Shown here: piece by piece, positions 47,728-56,500 of the stretch
Layout of the letters: each line of letters begins with the position of its first letter
Position numbering within the stretch: position 1 is the stretch's first letter
IMG/VR virus record: IMGVR_UViG_3300028561_000005
Length of the DNA: 64,000 nt
From: an uncultured virus (IMG/VR IMGVR_UViG_3300028561_000005)
Lineage: Duplodnaviria; Heunggongvirae; Uroviricota; Caudoviricetes
Strand: one strand, 5' to 3'
Made by a program: the position numbers and the translations under genes
Notes under the pieces: model-generated
The model's input: the letters and a program-made list of their open reading frames with translations, nothing else
Told to the model about the DNA's origin: nothing
Database searches by the model: none

Positions 47728-47754
47728 TCCCCGTACTCTATGAGAGTACGGGGA
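47728..47754. terminator. bidirectional terminator
   Basis: TCCCCGTACTC-TATGA-GAGTACGGGGA. Confidence 0.85.
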
Positions 47755-47766
47755 ATATTATGCATT

Positions 47767-48189
47767 TTACTTGAATACGATTTCCACAACGTTCTCATTT
47801 GACTGAGTTATTGCGTATGTCTTTTCCACAATGGCGTCTGAATTCATATGTGCTCCCATATAAGAACCATAGAAGAGCTCATCATAGATTTCGACGATTG
47901 TATTGTGGATTGTACCATGTCCGATATAGATATCAGCCTTAGGTACGTCAATGGTGAGTACCAATTCGCCATCACGCATAGCAAGTGTTGCTGCACCCTT
48001 TACACGATAAATAGCACGAATCTTTGTCATCTCTGAAGATGACAGGATTTTCGGTCCTTTAGCCTGTCCAGTCTTGTCGTTAGTTGTGGCAGCCAATTTG
48101 ACTTTACTGAAGTTATTGCTATCGTACAGAAACTTGTGTATCTCCTTAAGATAATATTCCTCTGTTGTGTTATTGATTCTTGATTTCAT
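47767..48189 (-). CDS. hypothetical protein
   Basis: AGGAGG RBS. Confidence 0.8.
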   Translation of the reverse strand: MKSRINNTTEEYYLKEIHKFLYDSNNFSKVKLAATTNDKTGQAKGPKILSSSEMTKIRAIYRVKGAATLAMRDGELVLTIDVPKADIYIGHGTIHNTIVEIYDELFYGSYMGAHMNSDAIVEKTYAITQSNENVVEIVFK

Positions 48190-48203
48190 GTATTATCCTC
48201 CTA

Positions 48204-48692
48204 TTATTTAATATCTATTATCTTGGTCTGATTCGACGTTCGGATTGATCTACCAAACATGAATACTACGACACTGGATATTATAGTCAAAGATATGGCA
48301 ACACCAAATACCGGATTGTCTAAAGACACCTCAGCAATAGGCATTGCGTTTAATATAGATAAAAACATAAGGAGACTACCAAAGTAGTAATCCTTAGTAT
48401 GTCTTGGTTTAAGTTCACTGATTGCTATTTCAGTTACGTGACCGCAATCAGGACATTTGATTTGAACGATGTCTGCATGAGTTTTTGTAGTCTCATGTAT
48501 TTCACCGCATACATTTGTTAGAAAAGTCATATAAGAGGAATCCTTTCCTTCTTCGAAGATGCATTTGCATCCACATGACTTACAACGGAATTTTATATTG
48601 CCGTCAAGCACAGGCTTTTGACAATCTCCGTGTTCTATAACTTTCAAAGCTATCATCCTCACTTTCATTTTTGATTTTGATATATCATACAA
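48204..48692 (-). CDS. Zn-ribbon membrane protein (start uncertain)
   Basis: CKSCG...CPDCG plus two C-terminal TM segments. Confidence 0.7.
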   Translation of the reverse strand: MYDISKSKMKVRMIALKVIEHGDCQKPVLDGNIKFRCKSCGCKCIFEEGKDSSYMTFLTNVCGEIHETTKTHADIVQIKCPDCGHVTEIAISELKPRHTKDYYFGSLLMFLSILNAMPIAEVSLDNPVFGVAISLTIISSVVVFMFGRSIRTSNQTKIIDIK

Positions 48693-49060
48693 ATATTAGC
48701 AATGGACAGCACCATTGCTAACAGAGACGTTAATCCAATAATCGATGTGCTGTGAGGAAAATTACAAAATGATAAATCCCAATTAATCAAAAGTAATGCT
48801 ATGCTGCCAATAACCATTCCTCTTCTAAAAGCATATCGGTCATCAGATTTGGACGTCGTGTTATTAATTTGTTCGTTATTTAAATGAATCGCCGCCAACA
48901 AACCTGTTATAACTGACATAGCTAATAAAGGTATGATTACTATAGGAATATTTCTGAACGCATATATCAGCAATATGATAAACACTGATGCAAACGATAT
49001 TGCTGTTGATATTAATAATAAAATTGTTACCGGATCATTGTTACGAGGGACTCTGCATAT
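48665..49060 (-). CDS. multi-TM membrane protein, possible ATA start
   Basis: frame open from ATA49060, 7 nt after AGGAGG; first standard start is GTG48985. Confidence 0.55.
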   Translation of the reverse strand: MCRVPRNNDPVTILLLISTAISFASVFIILLIYAFRNIPIVIIPLLAMSVITGLLAAIHLNNEQINNTTSKSDDRYAFRRGMVIGSIALLLINWDLSFCNFPHSTSIIGLTSLLAMVLSIANICMIYQNQK

Positions 49061-49072
49061 ATGAATGCCTCC

Positions 49073-49336
49073 TTAAAATTTCATATCTGAGTATAAGTCA
49101 TCTTCTGTAATAGCTTTGAAACCCTTAGAACCCTGGGTTTCAATTATATGCTTCAGCCTAGCTTTAGCAAGTTCTTCTTTGTTTATATTTGCATTGTTCA
49201 TTTTATATACAGAGCTAAGAGCTGATGGTTCTTCTTTTACCAAAGGATTGGTTTTATTTGGTTTCAAAACCACCTCTCCTCGAAGTGGTTTTGAAGTTGA
49301 ATCGTATGCAAGAAAATTGTTATTCAGATCATTCAT
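49073..49336 (-). CDS. hypothetical protein
   Basis: AGGAG RBS. Confidence 0.75.
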   Translation of the reverse strand: MNDLNNNFLAYDSTSKPLRGEVVLKPNKTNPLVKEEPSALSSVYKMNNANINKEELAKARLKHIIETQGSKGFKAITEDDLYSDMKF

Positions 49337-49337
49337 A

Positions 49338-49733
49338 TCATGTCTCCTGTGTCTTTGCTGACATTGAAACGTTGGCTACTTTTCTGTAACGTGGTTCGTC
49401 AACATAAGTTCCGTTCTTAGTCTTCTCATATCCTGTCTTGATTGTAAAATCATAATCTGTTGCCGGATGGTCTGCATCCTTAGGATAAATGAAGTTTCTA
49501 CGGTTCTCCTTATACCATTCGTATATAGCTTTGTACTTTACGGTCCATAAGAATAATCTGTATGCGGTATGATTAAGAGCCGGATCTAAATGATGAATAT
49601 GTGAACGGCGGCAGAATTCTTTCCACTGTACCTGAATATCCTGAATTAAGAGGAATGTAGCAATGGCTTTTTCCTTAGTATCAAGATGAGTGTTTTCAGC
49701 GTAGAATTCATCAAATAAAATATAGTCTTTCAT
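49338..49733 (-). CDS. hypothetical protein
   Basis: AGGAGGT RBS. Confidence 0.8.
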   Translation of the reverse strand: MKDYILFDEFYAENTHLDTKEKAIATFLLIQDIQVQWKEFCRRSHIHHLDPALNHTAYRLFLWTVKYKAIYEWYKENRRNFIYPKDADHPATDYDFTIKTGYEKTKNGTYVDEPRYRKVANVSMSAKTQET

Positions 49734-49752
49734 TTTAGATTACCTCCTGTAA

Positions 49753-50115
49753 TTAGAACTGTATTAATCCACCCTTAGCGGACCAGCATTTTACCGTAAA
49801 GACAAAACTGAGAAGTGATGAATCGAGCTTCTTGTCGGAAGCGTTATACAATGCCGTTATTATCAGATTACCTATGGTAAATATAGAATAGTCTGCTGAA
49901 CTGTCATCAATTGATGCATCCGGGGATACTATTGTCAGGCATTTAGTGCTGTTTTCATAAAGCACGGTCATTGGTACTTTAAATGTGTTCATGATAGCGT
50001 TATAAATTTCATCTGATAACTTCTTGACGAATTCCGGGTTTTCAAGAAGTCCACGTACCTGTATTCCTGTATCGTATACCTTATCGCTTATTGTCTGTTT
50101 GTCTTTAGTAGTCAT
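49753..50115 (-). CDS. hypothetical protein
   Basis: AAAGGAG RBS. Confidence 0.8.
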   Translation of the reverse strand: MTTKDKQTISDKVYDTGIQVRGLLENPEFVKKLSDEIYNAIMNTFKVPMTVLYENSTKCLTIVSPDASIDDSSADYSIFTIGNLIITALYNASDKKLDSSLLSFVFTVKCWSAKGGLIQF

Positions 50116-50132
50116 GTAAATTTCTCCTTTCG

Positions 50133-50843
50133 TTATGTGAACTTGAGTTCACCCTTATCAAAATATGGTATCTCGACGTTTTCTGGAAAGTCTTTGCGTC
50201 CGGTAATTGTTTTCCACTGTGGTTTAGTATAAACCGCATTTAGGAATTTTAAATCTATCTCTATTCTTGGTAATACTGAATAATACTTATTCACTGTTCC
50301 AGTTACGGTCATAGCGTCATCTAACCATACATTAGCGTTGTACATATCCGAATACTTCTTTCCGATATTATCCCAGTCTGGTTTAGATAGATGACGTATT
50401 AAACCTATCTCAGCAAGAAATGTTTGCCAAGTATTGAAACTCTTTGGAGTCTGGAAGTATGCATTATATGTGACTATGGCAGGAGTTGTAACCAGGTAAT
50501 CCAGTTTGTATAACTCGTCGTATGTCAACAATTCATGCATTCTCTTGTGTCCTGCCGCAGCATCTGGAGAGTATACATGGACGAATCCATCTCTAGCCGC
50601 TGTGGCTACATTCTTTTTGGTAATGAAACGGAATCGAGGACGTTTAGCACCCTCAGGATTCTCATATAACGTTACCTTGTAGTCCATGTAGTACAGTTGG
50701 TCAACCATTGCGTTACGATATGCAATGATATTATCGTAATCCTTAGGTGTTAAATGATATTGACTGCAAAGCCATTGCAATCGTTCATCATAATCTCTAG
50801 GAATCGAACCATACTTTTCGAGGTATTCTTTCTCGTTATACAT
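50133..50843 (-). CDS. rusA: RusA-family Holliday junction resolvase
   Basis: KRPRF and KPDWDNIGK...D....VWLDD catalytic signature. Confidence 0.85.
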   Translation of the reverse strand: MYNEKEYLEKYGSIPRDYDERLQWLCSQYHLTPKDYDNIIAYRNAMVDQLYYMDYKVTLYENPEGAKRPRFRFITKKNVATAARDGFVHVYSPDAAAGHKRMHELLTYDELYKLDYLVTTPAIVTYNAYFQTPKSFNTWQTFLAEIGLIRHLSKPDWDNIGKKYSDMYNANVWLDDAMTVTGTVNKYYSVLPRIEIDLKFLNAVYTKPQWKTITGRKDFPENVEIPYFDKGELKFT

Positions 50844-51366
50844 TCTGTCCTCCTAAAGAGATTTCCATCATCTTCAGTATTCTATGAAATTCCAATGTCA
50901 TCTCCGCCATCTTAATCTGATATTCGTATGAAGTGAATACCATAGAACGAGAATACTTACTGCCTATATGTCCGGCGAATCCGCCTTTGTATTTGAATTT
51001 GGCTCCGATTGCGTAATAACTGTCATCATCCGATGGATAAAAGTGCGAATACTTAAAGTCGGAACCGTGTGAATCAAATACCGTGCTTAATGCCGTTATT
51101 AATTCACCATCGTCGCTAGGACGAATGAATATTTCAAATCCGAATTCTCCGCCGTCTTTATTATCATCCATTGTAAAACTGTTTACATAGAATCCCTCAT
51201 CCTCTAATGCCAAAATGAATGGTGAAATGAGCTCATTTCCTGTAACGTCTATCGTTCGTCTACCACGACAATATTCGCATGCAGGAATCATTGTGTTTTT
51301 CTTGAATCTACGCGGTTTATCACTCACGTCGAATAGTAATCCGCATTCTAAACAAATTCGTTTCAT
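50836..51366 (-). CDS. Zn-ribbon protein
   Basis: CLECG...CEYC; start revised to MKRIC (GGGAGG RBS). Confidence 0.75.
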   Translation of the reverse strand: MKRICLECGLLFDVSDKPRRFKKNTMIPACEYCRGRRTIDVTGNELISPFILALEDEGFYVNSFTMDDNKDGGEFGFEIFIRPSDDGELITALSTVFDSHGSDFKYSHFYPSDDDSYYAIGAKFKYKGGFAGHIGSKYSRSMVFTSYEYQIKMAEMTLEFHRILKMMEISLGGQNV

Positions 51367-51389
51367 AATATAACCTCCCACAAAATTTA

Positions 51390-51423
51390 ACACGTAAGGT
51401 GAATATCACCTTACGTGTAAGTT
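51390..51423 (-). promoter_or_regulatory. 13-bp hairpin overlapped by late-type promoter
   Basis: ACACGTAAGGTGA/TCACCTTACGTGT; minus strand AACT TACACG TA at 51412-51423. Confidence 0.55.
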
Positions 51424-51436
51424 AAGCGGTTTGTAT

Positions 51437-53503
51437 TTAGTAACGTCTGCTTAGTTTATTGGACAGATTCACGATTGTATTATCTGACATACGCTGCCAT
51501 AAGGTTGCAACGTTGGTTGGAATGTCAGTTATTCGTGAAACGATATTGAGGTCAGCATACATCTTAGCATAACGTGCTGCGTCAGGCACATTGTAGTTTA
51601 CACCACAAAGATTTGCCAGGAAATCCATTTCCGCAATGTTGGCCATCATACCGTATTTCATATTTGCCATGGACGTCATAGACATCTGGTTATACAAATT
51701 CTTTAATGTCATTTGGACTTCTACAACGGTCGGTAGCCCGTCTTTATTCCAACAGTTTTCTTTACCGATATTGACGTTCATACTTGTGATAATGCCCATA
51801 TCGATATTGAATATACCCTTGCAGAATCCCTTTACCAAGAAAGGAGATATATAACCATGTTTGTCTGACTGCCTTGGTGAAACTAATCCCCATGAATGAA
51901 TGAGAGGACATAATACATATTCCCAAATGGAGAAGTTATCTGGATCTGGAGCGACGAGTCTATATGTAATATTATAAGATTCACTACAGTCAGATTCGTT
52001 CCACAGTTCCGGGAACATGAGTTTACCACCGGCAATACATGTATTGATTCCACTAACAATCGTAGAGAATAATCCACCGCCAACAGGCAGCTTAGAAACG
52101 AAGTCGTTGAGCGAATCAATATCACCACTTAGCTGGTCTTTAATTTCGTCGAATTTAAGTCCCATTGTTGAAGACGATAAACCTAAGATATACTGAAGTT
52201 CTCTCGCCTGGTCAGACAATGCATTAACCGACGAAGCTAATTGAGACTGAGTCGTTGAGTTAGAGAACTCACGAGATGTGGAGAGTTCGGCATTAGCATA
52301 GATTGGAATACTGCCTCGGTAGTATGCGACTCGTTGCATATCTTCTACCTTATCCCAGAATGATAATTTACCGTCAGCTCCGAGCATCTCATCAGAACCT
52401 ACCTCAACGTCTTCAGAATCAAGATAGTTCCATGCCCAGTTGTATGAGTATGGTTTCATTGTTCCTCTTACCGAGTCATATATAGGATTCTCAAGTTGTA
52501 AGAATTCCGCCATAGCACGGCATGCCGGATTGACATATGAAAAGTACTTCTCATAACAGTGTTCAACTGAATAGAGTTTACCCGAATAGTCATCCATTAA
52601 AGAGTCCAATGCTGTTGTATCGGCACTGTCAGCCAATGCCTTTACATATTTTTCAAGGCCCTGTTTTCTATCTGAACCAGACAGAGACGGTAAGAATACC
52701 GGCTCGCATGGAGTCAGATAAACCAGTGGCATCTTTGAAGCGATAGATTTAAGATAATCAGTACCCATATTCTGAATACTGAAAGCATCCACACTGCTGT
52801 TATATCCTAAGCGTAAATCTGTGGATGGTAAAAACTGTGGAGGTACGCCAATAATACCTCTAAGTTTTGATATCTGGTGCATATTCTGTAATTCTGACGC
52901 CGTAAATGATGTGCTCATAGCAGCAATTACTTCAGCATACTTTTCGAAGTCAGGACTATATCCTAAATCTTCGTCTGTAAGTAAACCGGCTTCCGTAACA
53001 TCTACGCCAACGGCTGCGTCTAAAGAATCAACAACGGCGTCATCTCCTGGAGATGAGGTTCCGTATGCTGGTGAAGCATAACCAGTTATGGCAGTATATG
53101 TATACTGTCTAGTGAGCGAATCAACCTTAGCTGTTCTAGGGTTGTCATTAGGGTCTATACATCCTTCTATTGTTTTACAAGAAGATGCACCAACTTCAAC
53201 AACAAGAGCAACGTGGTCTGCGTCGCCAGTGAAGTCGTAGTCAAAATATATTAAGTCTCCGACTTTAGGTTTATAACCTGAAGTACGTGGATGAAACAGA
53301 TTTTTTGCTTTGAACCATTCCATCTGACTCGTGCAGTGCGTATCTTTAGGAATACATCCACCGTTACCTGTCTTTTGGGCAATAGTTGAAATAAATGAAG
53401 CACACCATGAATAACAACCGCCACCGAATATTTGGGTGTATTCCTGGTATCCATGTCCCATGCCTTTCTTAGCCTCGGCAACTATGGCAGCGACACTTCC
53501 CAT
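51437..53503 (-). CDS. CHAP-domain baseplate/tail protein (virion-associated peptidoglycan hydrolase)
   Basis: WCASF, PKVGDLIYFD, HVALV, TIEG; C-terminal tube-like region (FPELW..SYNITY, MGIITSM, GLPTVVEV). Confidence 0.75.
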   Translation of the reverse strand: MGSVAAIVAEAKKGMGHGYQEYTQIFGGGCYSWCASFISTIAQKTGNGGCIPKDTHCTSQMEWFKAKNLFHPRTSGYKPKVGDLIYFDYDFTGDADHVALVVEVGASSCKTIEGCIDPNDNPRTAKVDSLTRQYTYTAITGYASPAYGTSSPGDDAVVDSLDAAVGVDVTEAGLLTDEDLGYSPDFEKYAEVIAAMSTSFTASELQNMHQISKLRGIIGVPPQFLPSTDLRLGYNSSVDAFSIQNMGTDYLKSIASKMPLVYLTPCEPVFLPSLSGSDRKQGLEKYVKALADSADTTALDSLMDDYSGKLYSVEHCYEKYFSYVNPACRAMAEFLQLENPIYDSVRGTMKPYSYNWAWNYLDSEDVEVGSDEMLGADGKLSFWDKVEDMQRVAYYRGSIPIYANAELSTSREFSNSTTQSQLASSVNALSDQARELQYILGLSSSTMGLKFDEIKDQLSGDIDSLNDFVSKLPVGGGLFSTIVSGINTCIAGGKLMFPELWNESDCSESYNITYRLVAPDPDNFSIWEYVLCPLIHSWGLVSPRQSDKHGYISPFLVKGFCKGIFNIDMGIITSMNVNIGKENCWNKDGLPTVVEVQMTLKNLYNQMSMTSMANMKYGMMANIAEMDFLANLCGVNYNVPDAARYAKMYADLNIVSRITDIPTNVATLWQRMSDNTIVNLSNKLSRRY

Positions 53504-53534
53504 AAACATCCTCCTCCTTATTGATAGTATCAAT

Positions 53535-53546
53535 TACTCAAATGTT
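53535..53546 (-). promoter_or_regulatory. late-type promoter AACA-N6-TA
   Basis: minus strand AACA TTTGAG TA, identical to portal promoter. Confidence 0.7.
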
Positions 53547-53559
53547 TCGAAAAAATATA

Positions 53560-53585
53560 GGGGAGGGCTTTTTACAGCCCTCCCC
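53560..53585 (-). terminator. terminator after tape-measure gene
   Basis: GGGGAGGGCT/AGCCCTCCCC with U tract on minus strand. Confidence 0.8.
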
Positions 53586-53595
53586 AAATATTATA

Positions 53596-56500
53596 TTACT
53601 TCTTAGCTATTCTGTAGACAGCGTCGATGATTTCGGAATTATTCATATCATTGAACTGTGCGTTCATAGCGTTGAGTCCCTGACGTGTCATACCGTTAGA
53701 TGCGAGTAAAGCCTTTGAAAGCTCTGCCATCACATTAGCAGTATTAGTGTCATTAGACTTGCCGCTCTTTGTAGATTTTGAATTGTTTCCTGAACCTGTC
53801 AGCTGACATGCGTTTGAAACTGAGAGTTTTGTAACTGCTGCAACGACATCCTGAAGTTTAGCAGTGTTGCCACTGATTTCACTAAGGAGTTTAACAACAG
53901 CGAGAAGAATTTCGTTAGTAGCGTTTCCGTTTGTAGGACCACCTGTATTCTTAGTGTTTGAACCTATTCTAGCACCTGGCTCATACTTAGAACCGGTTGA
54001 ACCTGTTCCTGAAGCATTTGCCGCAGCCTTAGCTTCAGCACGTTTAACAGCGTCTACTGCACGTGTAACAGCATTTGTTGAAACCTTCTTGAAGTTTGCT
54101 GTACCCGAAGTTCTTGAAGAATCGCATGAACCGCTTGGGCGTTTACCGTTAGCAGCCTGTCTAACAAGAGCCTTATCGACAAATCCCTTACCACTCTTCT
54201 TGTTAGGAGCTGGAGGTCCAACTAGTGTTGAAGATGTGGAAGAACTTGTTGTGTTGGTTGTTGTCTTTGTATTGTTTGGAAGTAATGGTCCCATTACATC
54301 ATTCGATGATGGTACAATTCCTGCACGCTGAGCTGCAGATTTGATATAATCACTATAGTCGTACTGGTTAGGGTCTACGTCGGCATGCCACATATCACTA
54401 GGCTTGTTAACCTGATAATGTAAGTGAGGACCTGTAGATTCACCCGTCGTACCACAGTAACCAACCAGTGTACCACGGAATACTTCGTCACCTTCATGAA
54501 CTGGAGGAAGCTGACACTGATGACCGAAGATGTGATAGTAGCCATGAGTATCCTGAACGATTGTAAGGTTGCCGTAGCCACCTGTATTCCATCCTGCGAA
54601 TACTACTGTACCATCAACTGGAGAATATAATTTGTTGCCTTCTGGAGCGGCATAGTCGATACCACCATGGTCCGGACGTTCTGGTCTTCTATATCCAGAA
54701 GATACAGATGAACCTTCGAGTGTTGTTAAGAACCATGCGTCGGAACCATTTTCGGATACAGATGTTAAGTAGTCGTCGTCTCCGAGAGCACCTACACCTG
54801 CGGCTGCATTACCAGTTGTTGCTGATGCTGCACCGAATACTGCGTCATATAAACCGCCATAGAGCTTTCTCATTACCTTAGTAACGTAAGCACCAAGCTG
54901 TCCTATGAATGTGTTATCTACTGTTGTTGTTCCAGCGTCTCCGGCTACAGATGAACCATCTATAGACGCATTGGTTGAGAATTCATCAAAGATTGTTCCT
55001 GCCTGATAATTGTTGAGGTCGATATTTGCGAGTTTAGCTCCGGTATCTTTGATACGATTTACCCATGCTCCTGAATACTGGCTTCCGCATGTAGCCCACC
55101 ACGAGCTTGTAGCCATACGGTTAACGACATCATTGATTTCTTCTTTTCCACCCTTATGAGCTGGTCTCCAGCCATCTGCCCATCCAGTATGAACACCGGT
55201 GTTATAGATATCTGCTGGAACTATCATTGAAAGTGGGTTCTGAAGAATTCCCGAATTATAGAGTTTAAGTGGATGTGACATGTTATTCTCTTTATAGAGT
55301 TTGAAAGCCAGATTATCTTGAACGTCTTTAGCAATACTCTCGTATTTTTCAAGAACCTTAGACAATTTATCAGCTTCACTCTGAGAAATAGCACTTGTTG
55401 CACGATTTGCAATGTTTAAGAGATATGCCTTGTCATCCGCATCAGTAACGCGGGCAGCCATTCCACGAAGAACGTCTGCTGCAAGTGTAGCATGGAAACC
55501 GATTGTACCGATTGAAATTCCACTTCCGTTATCGTTAGGACATACAGCATGATATCCGCCGGCGGTGCCTGCTTCTCTGGATACAATACATTCGTGAAGA
55601 ATTGTGTAAAGATTCTTTTCCTGCTGTGGTGTGAGAGCTGGACCTGTACCTGATTTAACACCCTTACGATATGACAATGGAGTAATACCTCTGCCACTAC
55701 GTTTTCCGCGTCCTGCACTAATAGCGTAGATAGAATCTCTGATAGTGTCATTTGCGTCATAAATTCTATCGCCGAATGGATCTTCAGGGTCCTGAACAAC
55801 TATCTTGTTGTTCTTCATTCCTGTTGCAAGTACATAGTGAGCATTCTGATTTCCGAACGGAGTAGTTCCTCTACCAGACTGTCCCATGAGGATTACATCT
55901 TCACCATTAGCGAGTCTACGTCTTAAGTCTGAACGTGTTCCAACGTTTGCTGTACGTACGCCATTTTTGCCGAGATAGTCTCCAAAGAATTCTGGGAATG
56001 TACCAGCGTTTCTTTCCTTATAGCCAAGGGCATTTCTTGCTGCGTCTCTTACGTCGTAATTCAGTCCACGTCTAGCGAGAACTTCTGAAGCAACTACAGG
56101 GCCACAACCTGAGTCAGCGATTGACTGGAAATTGCTGTCACCAGAGATATTGAATCTATCATCATAATCTCTCTGATAGAGATGTGGGTTTGCTCCACCC
56201 GAATACTGTGACTTGATGTATGATGCCTGTTCGTCATCCAGTGGTTTAGGTGGGATTAAGTATTTAAGTTTACGATTTTTGAATTCTGAACCCTTACCTG
56301 ACTTCTTCTTACCGCCAAAAAGATTACTGAAGAATGTAGCAATCTTGCCTTTCTTCTTGGTTGTTGTTGAAGACTTAGAGGTAGTGGTGCTTGTTTTCTG
56401 AATAGGTTTTGGTGTTGTCATATCGTGCATTGACTCGTGACTTACACTGTAACCTGTACCAGAAACTTCATTGTTTGTCAGCTGTGTTGCCGATGAAGCT

